Shown: positions 9,425-20,107, numbered from the stretch's first letter. The stretch is DNA of 64,000 nt from an uncultured Chloroflexia bacterium (GCA_963768655.1 CAVYIM010000003.1:288001-352000), one strand, 5' to 3'. A program made the numbers and translations. Notes: generated from the sequence alone by a model not told the origin.

Positions 9425-10606
9425 ATGGATGGCTCGCAGGCGGCTGACGGCATTCGGCAGACGGTCGCCGCGCGATGCCGGAGCGTCTCGCGATGGGGCA
9501 CTAGGGCGACCGGCGGTATCGCCGTGGCGGCCATGCTCGTCTTCGCGGCGATCGGCTGCGGCTCGGGCACGAACAACGCCGCGAGCGATCTGTCGAGCGC
9601 CTCCGGCCCAGGCACGCAGTTGGGTGTCACGGCGACCACGCCTACGAACGCGATCGGCCTGTTCTCGCCCGCTTCGGCGTCTCCGACCGCTTCTAGCGCC
9701 GACGCCGACGACGAAGGCTCGAGCAGCGCAGGCGCCTCGTTTGCGCCCAACGCCACGGGCGTTCTGGCGCCTGAGAGCGGCGCCGGGACGATCGCGCAGC
9801 TACCGGGCGAACCCAACCCGGCGCTGACTCCCGGCGCGCTCAACCCGGCCGTCACCCAGGCCACGATCGGCTCGACCATCTGCGTCTCGGGCTGGACCGC
9901 CACGATCAGACCCCCGGAGTCCTTCACCGACGCTCTCAAGGTCAAACAGATCGGTCAGTACGGCTACAGCGACACCGCTACGGCCGACTACGAGGAAGAC
10001 CACCTCATCTCGCTCGAACTCGGCGGCGCACCCGCGGACGCGCGCAACCTGTGGCCCGAGCCGTATACGGACTCGCTCCCCGACGGTCGACCTACCGGAG
10101 CGCGCACCAAGGACACATTCGAGACGAAGCTCAAGGACGAGGTCTGCGCGGGCACCATCACGCTCGCTCAGGCGCAGGCGGACATCGGTGATCACTGGGT
10201 CCACGCCTACTACGGCATCGCGCTGGCCGCGTCGTCCCCGACGGCGGCTCCCACTCCGACGCCGGCAGCAACACCTACTCCCATCACGCCGGCTGTCACC
10301 CCGAAGCCTGCCACGCTCTCGGTTCAAATCACGAGCCTGCCTGCGTCGATCAAACACGGCGCCAACGCGACGATGGAAGCCAGGACTTCGGCCGGCGCCA
10401 CTTGCAGCGCCAGCGTCCGGTACTTCTCCGGAACCGTGTCCACGGCAGCCGGACTGAAGACGAAGCCCGTGGCCGATTCATCGGGCCTTGTTTCATGGAC
10501 CTGGAAGGTCGGCTCGAGTACAAAGCCCGGCACTTCCACCGCCACGGTTACGTGCTCGCTGGCCGGCCACTCTGCCAGCAAGAGCAAGACGTTCAAGGTC
10601 ACGTGA
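9425..10606 (+). CDS. Lipoprotein with HNH/His-Me-finger-like domain and a C-terminal Ig-like domain
   Basis: Lipobox AIGC; TPGALNPAVTQATIGSTIC...YEEDHLISLELGG...NLWPEP...KD..E..L...VCAG; PT linker; AAGL...ADSSGLVSWTWKVG. Confidence 0.8.
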   Translation: MDGSQAADGIRQTVAARCRSVSRWGTRATGGIAVAAMLVFAAIGCGSGTNNAASDLSSASGPGTQLGVTATTPTNAIGLFSPASASPTASSADADDEGSSSAGASFAPNATGVLAPESGAGTIAQLPGEPNPALTPGALNPAVTQATIGSTICVSGWTATIRPPESFTDALKVKQIGQYGYSDTATADYEEDHLISLELGGAPADARNLWPEPYTDSLPDGRPTGARTKDTFETKLKDEVCAGTITLAQAQADIGDHWVHAYYGIALAASSPTAAPTPTPAATPTPITPAVTPKPATLSVQITSLPASIKHGANATMEARTSAGATCSASVRYFSGTVSTAAGLKTKPVADSSGLVSWTWKVGSSTKPGTSTATVTCSLAGHSASKSKTFKVT

Positions 10607-10681
10607 CGCAACAGGACGCGCCACGAGCCAGGCGGACGCCGCTTCCCCGCACGCCGCGGGCGGTGATCGCCGGAGCTGCCG

Positions 10682-12148
10682 CTACTTCAGGTCCGTCGGC
10701 GGGTCCGTAGGCAGCAACACGGCAGGCCGCGGCGCCTGGTTGAAGTTGAAGTCGGCCACTAGATTCCCGAGCGCCGAGGCGTTCTCCCGAACGTCGGGGC
10801 GCGAGTCCGGCCTGCCGTCGGTGGCCGGGTCAATTCGCTGGCCACCCAGGAAGTCGTCCTCGATGAACTTGAGGTAGGCGTCGAAGCTCAGGGTCTGGTG
10901 GTCGATGTATCCGCGGCGGGCGTAGGGGCTGATCACGAGGGCGGGCACGCGCAGGCCATAGCCGTTCCCGTCGACCGTCGGCGGCACGACGTTGTCGTAG
11001 AAGCCGCCCCAGTCGTCCCAGGCCAGGAAGATCGCGGTGCTCGACCAATCGGGGCCCGTCATGACGGCATCGATCAGGCTCGTGACGTACGACTGACCGG
11101 CTGAAACTGGGGCAGGCGGATGCTCGCTGACGGAGCCGTCGGGCGTGACCCAGCTGACAGCCGGTAGCGTGCCGTTCTCGGCGGCTGTGAAGAAGTCGTC
11201 GATTGGCTGAACGTTCCCGAGCTGGCCGTCGGCGCTCACATCCTCGAAGCCCGGCAGCGGGTTCCAGATGCTCGCCACGTCCGCGTTCTGCTGTCCTGGC
11301 GTGCAGGTCATCTCGTCGTCGGCGCAGTCGGGAGCCTTCCCGGGGCGCAGGTAGTAGGCCCAACTGACGTTCTTCTTGTAGAGCAGGTAGGTCAGGTCTG
11401 TCCAGGCGTAGGGCTTCGGGTTGGCCGCGGTCGGAAGGTCGGGCTCCTTGATGTCGCTGATGCAGGTCATAGGGTCGGATGGATTGCGGCATATGGCCGA
11501 CCAACCGGAAACCATGGACAGGTGGGCCGGCAAGCTCCACGAGGCGTCGGGCTCGAACATGTGGTCGGCGAGCACGAAATCGCCCGCCCAGGTCCAGTAG
11601 TTGGGGATCTCCCGCTTGTCCATGTAAGCCATGACGTCAGGCGCGCCGGCGCCGCAGGCTGCGGTCAAGGTGATGGCGCAGCCGGTCCTGGCGTGCTCTT
11701 GCTGGTCGACGAACCCGTTCATTTCCCCTTTGGCGATGTCGGCTTTGGCGCTGGCTGAGCCGTGTGGGCCGCCGACTTCCGAGTCGGCGTTGGTGTGATA
11801 GGGGCGGACGCAGCCACCATTCGCCGGGTCGGGCACGCACACGCTCGGGGTCCCGTTGGACATCGGGATGCCATCGACTCCGGGGTACGTGCCGAAGTAG
11901 GTGTCGAAGGAGCGGTTCTCCTGCATGATCACGATGACGTGCTTGATGAGGTGGATGTCGCCCTTGGCGCTCCCTTGCACGAGCGGCGACGGGCTGCCGG
12001 CAGGACTGACGGCTGGCGATCCGGCTGGCGATCCGGCTGACGACGCGACGCTGGGGGCCACCGACACGCCCGGGCCTGAGCCGCACCCGGCTACCAGGAC
12101 GGCGACTCCGATCGCCAGAAACGGCATGGGGCGGGGGCGGCTTCGCAT
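10682..12148 (-). CDS. Phosphoesterase / non-hemolytic phospholipase C family lipoprotein
   Basis: [46 protein letters not shown]; lipobox VAGC. Confidence 0.92.
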   Translation of the reverse strand: MRSRPRPMPFLAIGVAVLVAGCGSGPGVSVAPSVASSAGSPAGSPAVSPAGSPSPLVQGSAKGDIHLIKHVIVIMQENRSFDTYFGTYPGVDGIPMSNGTPSVCVPDPANGGCVRPYHTNADSEVGGPHGSASAKADIAKGEMNGFVDQQEHARTGCAITLTAACGAGAPDVMAYMDKREIPNYWTWAGDFVLADHMFEPDASWSLPAHLSMVSGWSAICRNPSDPMTCISDIKEPDLPTAANPKPYAWTDLTYLLYKKNVSWAYYLRPGKAPDCADDEMTCTPGQQNADVASIWNPLPGFEDVSADGQLGNVQPIDDFFTAAENGTLPAVSWVTPDGSVSEHPPAPVSAGQSYVTSLIDAVMTGPDWSSTAIFLAWDDWGGFYDNVVPPTVDGNGYGLRVPALVISPYARRGYIDHQTLSFDAYLKFIEDDFLGGQRIDPATDGRPDSRPDVRENASALGNLVADFNFNQAPRPAVLLPTDPPTDLK

Positions 12149-12336
12149 AACGACGGCCTCCCTGTGTCGATCATTTGGCGGCGGCGCTTGACAGGTAACC
12201 AAGCCAACAAGATACCCGACTCGAAAAGGCGTCAAACGCGGCCCTGCCCAGGCCCGCCGCCACGTAGCCGGAGGCCCCGGCGCGGGCCGGGGCCTCGGAG
12301 CGTCTGCGAGGGTCGAAAGAGGCGAGGAGCCGGACG

Positions 12337-15300
12337 CTACTTCCAGTAGCCGGTGATATCGAGAGCGATGTTGGCGCTGGAGCCGGTGGTGCCGGCCCAC
12401 TCGAGAGCGACGTGACCCGATGTGCCCAGAGCGACATCGAAGCCGTTGGCTTCACTGTGTCCGGAGGCGACGTTGAGGGTAGAGGTGGTCGGCGTGGCGA
12501 CGATCTCGGGTGATACCAGGGCCCAGCCCGCCGATGAGGGAGATAGCAGAGTCAGGTTGCCGCTGATGCCGGCGGCGCCAGTTGGGACACCGGCCGTACC
12601 GCCGATGGTGAAGAGTCTCGCGCTCCGGCTCGCGAAGGTACCCGACAGTCCGAGACTGACCGAGGAGTCGAGAACCCGGACCGGTGTGATCGGGTAGTAG
12701 GACAGACCACCCGAGCCGGCAGTGAAGTAGCCAGTGACATCGAAGATGACATCGGCCGATGATCCGGCCGTGCCATCCCAGACGGCCTCTAGCTTGCCGC
12801 CCTTGAGGGCCACGGTGACCCCGTTGGCGACGGTCGAGCCGGCGGCGACATTGAGAGTCGAGGTCGAGGGTACGGCGGCGATCGTGGGACCGAGAGAGAC
12901 ATAGCCGATAGAGCTGGCATCGGTCACGGTCAGGTTGCCGGTGACAGCGGTGGCAGCCGACGGTACCAGGGCGGACGTCCAGCCCAGGGCCTTGACGCCT
13001 GCGATCGCGAAGGTCCGGACACTCTTGTTGGCGAACTTACCCGCTAGCCCGATGTTGGTGTGACCGCTGCCGGTCGGTCTGGTATCGAGGATCCGGCCCG
13101 GGGCGAGGACGTGATAGGTGGCACCGCTCGTATCGGGGGTGAAGAAGCCTGTGACATCGAAGATGAGATCGATCGTGGCTCCGGCTGTAGCCGAGCGATA
13201 GACCGCCGAGAGCTTGCCCCCGGCTCCTAGCCCCATAGTCACGTTGTTGGCCCGGATGTCGCCCTTGACGAAGTCGATCGTGGTAGTGGCACCGCTGGCG
13301 GTCATGGTCGGTCCCAGGGCCACTACTCCGGGGGCGGTCTCGTTCACGATGGTGAGATTGCCCGTGACCGCGGTGGCATTGGTCGGTACGGCCGCGCTGG
13401 TGGCCCCTACGCCGATGACACCGGCCACCGCGAAGGTTCGGACCGTGCCCGCTGTGAACTTACCGGATAGTCCGATGTTGGTGTGACCCGAGCCTGTGGG
13501 TCGGGAGTCCAGCACCCGCGCCGGGCTAGTGGCGTGGTACGTGGAGGCGGGCGGAGCGACCACGACGCTCTGGGACCCGGTGATCGAGCTGGTCGTCGTG
13601 TCCGTCGCGGTCACCGATTGCGTGCCGGCGGTCCAAAGGGTCACGCCAAAGGTGCCGACCCCCGATGTGAGCTTGGCGTTGGCCGCCAGGGTCGCGGCGC
13701 CATCGCTGCTCGTGATGTGGACCGTGCCGGCGTAGCCGGTGGCGGTGTTGCCGTAGGCATCGAGAGCCTTGACGGTCACGCTGTGCGCGACACCGACAGT
13801 CGTCGGGCTCGGGTAGCCCGAGACGGACAGGTGCGTCGCCGCGCCCGGATTGACCACGATCCCGCTCTGGGACCCCGTGATCGAGCTAGTGGCCGTGTCG
13901 GTCGCGGTTACCGACTGGGTGCCCGCGGTCTTGAGGGCGACGGAGAACGCATGGACGCCTGCGTCGGACGCGGTGAAGGTGTAGGCCGCCGGCAGGACGG
14001 CGGCGGCATCGGTGGAGGATAAGTGGACGGTGCCGGTGTAGCCGATCGCGGTGGCACCAAACGGGTCCTTCGCGGTGACGGTGACGTTGTGAGCAACGCC
14101 GGCAGTCGTCGGGCTCGGGAACCCGGAGACCACGAGCTTGACCGCCGGGACGGTCGACTGGCCGTCGCCATTCTCTCCCCAGCATACGACGGTGCCGTCG
14201 GTCCGAACAGCGCAGGTGTGGTTCTCGCTCGCGCTCACCGAAGTGAAGGTCCCCGACGGCGGGCTCGATTGGTTGTAGCTGTTGTCGCCCCAGCAGGATA
14301 GGGTGCCGTCGGTGGCGATGGCGCAGTGGTGGAGATAGCCCGAGGACAGGGCCACGTACTTGCCCGCCGGAGGTGTGGTGTTGTAGCCGGTGTTGCTGCC
14401 CCAGCAGGCGATCGTGCCGTCGGTCTTGATGGCGCAGGCGCTGAAGAAGCCCGCTGCCACCGCGATGTACTTGCCCGCCGGAGGCACGGTCTGGCTGTAG
14501 CTGCTCTCGCCCCAGCAGGCGAGTGTGCCATCGGTCTTGATGGCGCAGTTGAAGAAGCCACCGGCGCTCACCTCGGTGTAGGTCCCGGTGGGTGGGCTGG
14601 ATTCGCCATAGGTCTGGTCGCCCCAGCAGACGAGGGTGCCGTTGTCCTGTAGCGCGCAGGTGTCGAGTGCACCCGCTGACACGTCCACGAAGGTCCCGGC
14701 CGGTGGATCTGATTGACTACTGCTGTCCTCTCCCCAGCAGGCAATCGAACCGCCGGTCCTGATGGCGCAGGTGTGGCTGCCGCCGGCGCTCACCGCGGTG
14801 AAGGTCCCGGTCGGCGGGCTAGCCTGGCCGTACTCGTTGTCACCCCAGCAGGCCAGGGTGCCGTCGGTTGTGATGGCGCAGGTGTGGTAGTAGCCCGCGT
14901 CCACGGTCGGAAGATGGGCGCCGCCGAACAGGCCCGACGGTGGGCTGGCCTGCTCGTCGCCGTTGAAGCCCCAGCAGGTCAAGTTGCCGTCGGTCCTGAT
15001 GGCGCAGGTGTGGTAGGCGCCGGCGCTCACCGCGACGAAGGTCCCTGATGGCGGACTGGCCTGACCGTAGGTGTTGACCCCCCAGCAGGCCAGGGTGCCG
15101 TCAGTCCTGATGGCGCAGGTGTGGTAATCGCCGGCGTCGAGCGCGGTGAAGGTCCCGGACGGCGGAGTGGCCTCGCCTTCGGCGTTGTCACCCCAGCAGG
15201 CCAGTGCGCCGTCGGTCCTGATGGCGCAGGTGTGGTAGTAGCCACCGCTGACCGCGATGAAGGTGCCGGTCGGTGGACTGGACTGGCCGTCGGCGTTGTC

Positions 15301-15885
15301 ACCCCAGCAGGCCAGAGTGCCGTCGGTCCTGATGGCGCAGGTGTGGCGATAGCCGGCGCTGACCGCGGTGAAGGTCCCGGACGGCGTGGGCGACTCGCCC
15401 CAGGAGTTGTCCCCCCAGCAGGCCAGCGTGCCGTTCGTCCTGATGGCGCAGGTGTGCCAGTAGCCGGCGCTCACAGCGATGAAGGTGCCGGTCGGCGGGG
15501 TGGCCTGGCCGTACTCGTTCCAGCCCCAGCAGGCCAGCGTGCCGTCGGTCTTGATGGCGCAGGTGTGGTAGTCGCCGGCGCTCACAGCGATGAAGGTGCC
15601 AGTCGGCGGGCTGGCCTGGCCGTCGTCGTTGTCGCCCCAGCAAGCCAGCGTGCCGTCGGTCTTGATGGCGCAGGTGTGGAGGGCACCGGCGGAGAGGGCC
15701 GCTCCGCTGGATGTGGCAACCGAGGTCTCGGACTGGCCCAGGGTTATGCCGTGCGCAGCCTGGGCGGCAGGCACAAGTGGCGGCGTCAGCCCGACTCCGA
15801 GCAGACCAAGGACCAGGGCCAGGGCGGTCCCGCCCATGGCTGCGGCTCTGCGTGCCCGACGATCCCCAGACGAGAGCAGCTTCAC
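12337..15885 (-). CDS. Secreted RCC1/BLIP-II-like repeat protein with Ig-like domains and three C-terminal surface repeats
   Basis: 14 repeats of 37 aa ([20 protein letters not shown]), two Ig-like modules and three PxRVLDSR...DVTGYF repeats. AAGGAG SD before GTG 15885. Confidence 0.92.
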   Translation of the reverse strand: MKLLSSGDRRARRAAAMGGTALALVLGLLGVGLTPPLVPAAQAAHGITLGQSETSVATSSGAALSAGALHTCAIKTDGTLACWGDNDDGQASPPTGTFIAVSAGDYHTCAIKTDGTLACWGWNEYGQATPPTGTFIAVSAGYWHTCAIRTNGTLACWGDNSWGESPTPSGTFTAVSAGYRHTCAIRTDGTLACWGDNADGQSSPPTGTFIAVSGGYYHTCAIRTDGALACWGDNAEGEATPPSGTFTALDAGDYHTCAIRTDGTLACWGVNTYGQASPPSGTFVAVSAGAYHTCAIRTDGNLTCWGFNGDEQASPPSGLFGGAHLPTVDAGYYHTCAITTDGTLACWGDNEYGQASPPTGTFTAVSAGGSHTCAIRTGGSIACWGEDSSSQSDPPAGTFVDVSAGALDTCALQDNGTLVCWGDQTYGESSPPTGTYTEVSAGGFFNCAIKTDGTLACWGESSYSQTVPPAGKYIAVAAGFFSACAIKTDGTIACWGSNTGYNTTPPAGKYVALSSGYLHHCAIATDGTLSCWGDNSYNQSSPPSGTFTSVSASENHTCAVRTDGTVVCWGENGDGQSTVPAVKLVVSGFPSPTTAGVAHNVTVTAKDPFGATAIGYTGTVHLSSTDAAAVLPAAYTFTASDAGVHAFSVALKTAGTQSVTATDTATSSITGSQSGIVVNPGAATHLSVSGYPSPTTVGVAHSVTVKALDAYGNTATGYAGTVHITSSDGAATLAANAKLTSGVGTFGVTLWTAGTQSVTATDTTTSSITGSQSVVVAPPASTYHATSPARVLDSRPTGSGHTNIGLSGKFTAGTVRTFAVAGVIGVGATSAAVPTNATAVTGNLTIVNETAPGVVALGPTMTASGATTTIDFVKGDIRANNVTMGLGAGGKLSAVYRSATAGATIDLIFDVTGFFTPDTSGATYHVLAPGRILDTRPTGSGHTNIGLAGKFANKSVRTFAIAGVKALGWTSALVPSAATAVTGNLTVTDASSIGYVSLGPTIAAVPSTSTLNVAAGSTVANGVTVALKGGKLEAVWDGTAGSSADVIFDVTGYFTAGSGGLSYYPITPVRVLDSSVSLGLSGTFASRSARLFTIGGTAGVPTGAAGISGNLTLLSPSSAGWALVSPEIVATPTTSTLNVASGHSEANGFDVALGTSGHVALEWAGTTGSSANIALDITGYWK

Positions 15886-16165
15886 CCGACCCGCTCCTTT
15901 CCGTTGAGGCGGCGTTCGCATCCCCCAGTGCGAGATCGGGCTGACGGGCCCCATCGTTGTCCGGAAGCTGCGACACGATCGTCATGTTCGGTCGGCGGGC
16001 CATTCCTCCAGGCCGGGCCGTGCCGGACAACGCGGATACTACCCCCGAAGGTAGGCAATGGCCATGGTCGGGGTCTCGCCACCCGTGCGGCTGGCCCGGG
16101 CGCGCCCGAAGCCCCGAGCTTCGGCTGACGCGGGCGGCACTCATTAGTCGATACTGGCGTGGCCG

Positions 16166-16966
16166 ATGCCCAGCTCCCACGAAGTCCACGGTAAGAACGA
16201 GGGCTTGCCGCGCCGTGAGCCTGTGGCCGAGGACGCCTTCGGCGCCGCGCAAGAGGTGAGCCGCGCGCTCACAAACGCTCTCGGCGAGGAACCCGCTGCC
16301 GTCTACCTCCACGGCTCCGCCGTCCTGGGCGGCTTTCGCTGGGATCGCAGCGACCTCGACATGCTCGCACTGAGCCGCGCGTCGCTGTCCGACGGCCAGC
16401 TCCGTGAGGCCGTTCGCGCGCTCGACACCCTGACGTACCCGTCGAACGGCCTCGAGCTGAGCCTCCTGACTGCCCGGGAGGGATCGGAGCCCGAGTTTCC
16501 GGCACTGCGGTTTCAGCTCCACAAGACGACCGATGGGCGCGATCGAGCCGGCAAGGCGATCGATGACCGGGCGAGCCGGGGCGACCCCGACCTCGTCCTC
16601 CATCTGGCGGTTTGTCGTGCGAGCGGACTGACCATCCCCGGGCCGCCGCCGCGCTCGATGTTGGCCGCGGTTCCGGAGCCGACCATGCTGTCGGCGATGC
16701 TCGACGAGATCCGCTGGGCCCGCGAGCACGCTCCGCTGGAATACCTGGTTCTGACGGCCGCTCGGGTATGGCTCTTCGCAAAGACGCATCGGATCTCGTT
16801 GAAGATCGAGGCCGGCGAGTGGGCCGCGCGACGTTACGCGGAGCCGGCCATCATCGAGCGGGCGCTCGCCCTGCAGCGCGGGTCGGAGGCCGAGATCGAG
16901 CGAGATGCAGCGGTTCGCCTGGCAGACGAGGTCGAACGTCTGAACGCGCCCGCGTCGCCGGCCTGA
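16166..16966 (+). CDS. Pol-beta-fold nucleotidyltransferase, aminoglycoside adenylyltransferase (AadA/DUF4111)-like; start may be GTG 16223
   Basis: VYLHGSAVLGG...SDLDML, LELS, YLVLTAARVW...SLKIEAGEWA. Confidence 0.82.
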   Translation: MPSSHEVHGKNEGLPRREPVAEDAFGAAQEVSRALTNALGEEPAAVYLHGSAVLGGFRWDRSDLDMLALSRASLSDGQLREAVRALDTLTYPSNGLELSLLTAREGSEPEFPALRFQLHKTTDGRDRAGKAIDDRASRGDPDLVLHLAVCRASGLTIPGPPPRSMLAAVPEPTMLSAMLDEIRWAREHAPLEYLVLTAARVWLFAKTHRISLKIEAGEWAARRYAEPAIIERALALQRGSEAEIERDAAVRLADEVERLNAPASPA

Positions 16967-17063
16967 TCCGGCGTCGAGCGCTGGCACTCGCGAATCCGTT
17001 CGTGGGCGCTCCGTCAGACCCGTGCGGCACCCGATCGCCCAGCCGCGACGCGCCTTCGGCCGG

Positions 17064-17744
17064 TCAGCTGTTCCCAGCCTTCGGTTTCCGCAGAGTCCAG
17101 GGCAAGAAGTCGATCGCCAGGCCCACACAGAACGCGCCGACGGCGGTGCCGATCGCCGCCAGACCGTAGGCGCTGGCGGGGCGCAGCGGCGCGAGCGCGA
17201 TCGCGGCGAAGACGCCGACGGCGCCGCCGCAGTAAGCCAGCATGCCGATGGCTTGGACCAATCGATGGCGCCGCGACCAGTCGCCGCGCCAGTCATCGAC
17301 GCGGACGCCGGCGCTTGCGAGGGCCTCGACGAGGCGCGAGGCCTGCCAGGGCGGCACGTCGATCGCGTAGCCGCCCGGCCAGATGCGCCAGCGCGACCAG
17401 GCGACGTGGACGCACTCGACCCGCGGGCCCAGCTCGATGACCGCTGAGGGCACGCTGCCCGGCCGGCAGAACCATCGTCGCCGGCTCAGCTCGCGGCCAT
17501 CGACGCTCCACTCCGTCAGCGAGAGCGTGTTGGAGAGCCAGCCCACGAGCCACAGGAGCGGGTAGTAGGCCAGTATCCAGGCCGACCACCCGTACCCGAT
17601 GGCGAAAGCAAGCTCGCCGAGGCAACCCACGGCGACGTACCAGCCCACTCGTATCAGGATCGCTCGCCCGGTGCGCTCATTGAATTTGGCGGGGAATGCG
17701 GCGGGCTGGTCCTTCCCGTCCGCGATGTCTGCCGAGCCGATCAT
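17064..17744 (-). CDS. Hypothetical 4-TM membrane protein (paralog A)
   Basis: Hydrophobic segments, GGAGG SD, and clear similarity to 17769-18437. Confidence 0.8.
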   Translation of the reverse strand: MIGSADIADGKDQPAAFPAKFNERTGRAILIRVGWYVAVGCLGELAFAIGYGWSAWILAYYPLLWLVGWLSNTLSLTEWSVDGRELSRRRWFCRPGSVPSAVIELGPRVECVHVAWSRWRIWPGGYAIDVPPWQASRLVEALASAGVRVDDWRGDWSRRHRLVQAIGMLAYCGGAVGVFAAIALAPLRPASAYGLAAIGTAVGAFCVGLAIDFLPWTLRKPKAGNS

Positions 17745-17768
17745 GTGTCCCTCCTGCTCACGTGCCGG

Positions 17769-18437
17769 TCAGGCGTCCCGCGTCGATGGCTTCCTCATTC
17801 GCCAGGGCAGGAAGTCGATCGCCCAGCCAAGCATCATGAAGCCCCAGAACAGGCAGTACGCCTCGAAACCGACGGCCCGCAGCGGTCCCTGAGCGACCGT
17901 TACGAGCAGACCCGCACCGCCGATCAATGTCATCGGCACGGCCAGCCTGTCCAGTGTCCGATGCCGGCTCGCCCAGTCGCCGCGCCAGTCGATGACGCAA
18001 ACGCCGGCGCGCTCCATCGTGCTGATGAGGAACGCGGCTTGCCCTCGGGTGACGTAGATCGCGGGTCCGTGCGGCCTGATGCGCCAGCCGGACCTGGTCT
18101 CGTGGACGATCTCGAACTGCGGGCCGAGCTCCAGCACGGCGGCCGGCTCGCTGCCGGGCCGGGAGAGCCAGCCGCGGCGGCGCAGCTCCCGGCCTGCGAT
18201 GGTCCATTCCGTGGCCGATCCCAGGAGGACGAGCCACACTGCGACGATGACGAGGATCGGGATCAGCAGCATCACCGGGTCGACCCAATCGAACCCCTGG
18301 ACGATCAACGATCGAGCGCCGACGAATTCCAGGACGCCGGCCGCGACTGCACCGAGCCCGATCCACGCCAGGACACCGCGCCGCGTGCGCCCGCCCAGTC
18401 TCACCGGCTGATCTGCGGCGCCGCCCGAGTCGATCAC
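17769..18437 (-). CDS. Hypothetical 4-TM membrane protein (paralog B)
   Basis: Shares TEW..GREL.RR.W..RPGS.P.AV.ELGP, DWRGDW..RHR.L and AIDFLPW..RKP with the neighbour; GGAGGAG SD plus GTG start. Confidence 0.8.
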   Translation of the reverse strand: MIDSGGAADQPVRLGGRTRRGVLAWIGLGAVAAGVLEFVGARSLIVQGFDWVDPVMLLIPILVIVAVWLVLLGSATEWTIAGRELRRRGWLSRPGSEPAAVLELGPQFEIVHETRSGWRIRPHGPAIYVTRGQAAFLISTMERAGVCVIDWRGDWASRHRTLDRLAVPMTLIGGAGLLVTVAQGPLRAVGFEAYCLFWGFMMLGWAIDFLPWRMRKPSTRDA

Positions 18438-18583
18438 GTCTCCTCCCGCTCGTCTTGCCTGCCGGCCCAGGCTAGCATCCGCCGGCGCGCGACACCCCTG
18501 GACGAGTTATGTAGAACACCGGTCCAACCGCCAGGGCGTTTCGCCGGGGCCCGCCGAAGGGGGCTGGCTCTTGCGGCGGCACT

Positions 18584-20107
18584 TCACGCCAGGGGCCCGA
18601 CCTCCGCCTCCACCGCCTCGAGGATCTCGCCGGACTTCACGAGCTCCTTCATCCGGTTGTGGTCGGGGTAGAGCGGCCGGTCTTCCTCGAGGTGCGCGAC
18701 GTGCCGCCGCACGACGTCTCGCGCGACGGACACGCCCCGGCCGAAGGAGAAGTCACGGAAGTCGAGCGCCTGGGCCGCGGCCATGAACTCGATCCCGAGC
18801 ACGCCGTACGCGTTGTCGAGGATCTGGCCGTTCTTGATGGCCGTGTTCATGCCCATCGACACGAAGTCCTCCTGGTCGGCCGCGGCCGGGATGGACTGGA
18901 TCGAGGCCGGCGCCGACAGGATTCGCTGCTCGACGATGAGGTGATCCGCCGTGTACTGGCTGAGCATCAGGCCGGAGAACATGCCCGCGCCCTTCGTCAG
19001 GAACGCCGGTAGGCCGACGCTGAGAGCGGGGTTGGTCAACCGATTGAGGCGCCGCTCGGAGAGGACGCACACCATCGTCACCGCCGCGCCCACCATGTCC
19101 ATCGGCAGCGACACGGGGCTCCCCTGGAAGTTGGCGCCGGTGAGCGTGAGCCGGGCTTCGGGCAGGAAGATCGGGTTGTCGCCCACGCCGTTCAGCTCGG
19201 TCTCGACCTGCTTGCGCGCCCATTCCACCGCGTCGACCGCCGCGCCGATGACCTGGGGCGAGGCGCGCATCGAGTAGGCGTCCTGCACCTTCGTCTTCAT
19301 CTTCCCGGTGGCGATGTCGCTGCCCTCGATGCAGAGCATGATCGCCCGCGCGGCCTGCACGGCTCCCGGGAACCCCCGCAGCTCGTGGAGGCGGGTGTCG
19401 TAGGGCTTGAGGTTGGCGATGAGCGCCTCGAGCGCCATGGCGCAGGCGATCTCGGCCTGCTTGAGCCAGCGCGAGATGTCGTAGAGCTGGATCGCGCTCA
19501 TGGCCGTGAGGAGGTTGGAGCCGTTGATGGTAGCCAGGCCGTCGCGGGCCTGCAGACCCGGCACGGGGATCCCGGCGCGCTCCATGGCCACATGCCCGGG
19601 CAGCCGCTCACCGCGGTAGAACGCCTCGCCCTCGCCCATCAGGAGCAGCGCGGCCTGGGCCATCGGAGCGAGGTCGCCGCAGGCGCCCACGGAACCCTTC
19701 TGGCAGACGACCGGCGTGACGCCGCGGTTCAGCATCTCGACGAGCGTCAGCGTGATCTCCGGCCGGCACCCCGAATGCCCCCGCGCGTGCACGTTGATCC
19801 GGCCCGCCAGTGCCCCGCGCACCGACTCGATCGGCGCCGGATCCCCGATCCCGGCCGCGTGGTTGTAGATGAGGTAGCGCTGGAACTCGCGGACCTGCTC
19901 GTCGGAGAGGACGATCTCGGAGAACTCGCCGATGCCCGTGTTCGTCCCGTACATGACCTCTCGGGCCGCGAGCTTCTCCTCGAGCATGGTCCGGCAGGCA
20001 CGGATCCGCTCGAGCGCCGCCGGGTCGAGGGCGACCTCCTCGCCACCGCGGGCGATGCGGACGAGGCGGTCGATGGTGAGCGACGATCCGTCGAGGACCA
20101 TGGGCAT
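18584..20107 (-). CDS. hutH: MIO-dependent aromatic amino-acid ammonia-lyase (histidine ammonia-lyase-like)
   Basis: YGTNTG, NHAAGIG, GSVGACGDLAP, GLATING, QDAYSMR, DNP, ANFQG, QEDFVSMG. Confidence 0.85.
   Translation of the reverse strand: MPMVLDGSSLTIDRLVRIARGGEEVALDPAALERIRACRTMLEEKLAAREVMYGTNTGIGEFSEIVLSDEQVREFQRYLIYNHAAGIGDPAPIESVRGALAGRINVHARGHSGCRPEITLTLVEMLNRGVTPVVCQKGSVGACGDLAPMAQAALLLMGEGEAFYRGERLPGHVAMERAGIPVPGLQARDGLATINGSNLLTAMSAIQLYDISRWLKQAEIACAMALEALIANLKPYDTRLHELRGFPGAVQAARAIMLCIEGSDIATGKMKTKVQDAYSMRASPQVIGAAVDAVEWARKQVETELNGVGDNPIFLPEARLTLTGANFQGSPVSLPMDMVGAAVTMVCVLSERRLNRLTNPALSVGLPAFLTKGAGMFSGLMLSQYTADHLIVEQRILSAPASIQSIPAAADQEDFVSMGMNTAIKNGQILDNAYGVLGIEFMAAAQALDFRDFSFGRGVSVARDVVRRHVAHLEEDRPLYPDHNRMKELVKSGEILEAVEAEVGPLA

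Noticed and set aside
14150-15700. RCC1 repeats with variable codons resembling a DGR variable/template region or a CRISPR array
   Set aside because: They are in-frame 111-bp protein repeats; no reverse transcriptase or non-coding template copy is in the window, and C-ending codons are expected at this GC content.
15299-17296. Long alternative-frame ORFs (665 aa here; also 6050-7312, 29417-31024, 41268-43166 5' part, 44469-46058)
   Set aside because: They are Arg/Pro/Gly-rich shadow frames overlapping well-supported genes, typical of high-GC DNA.
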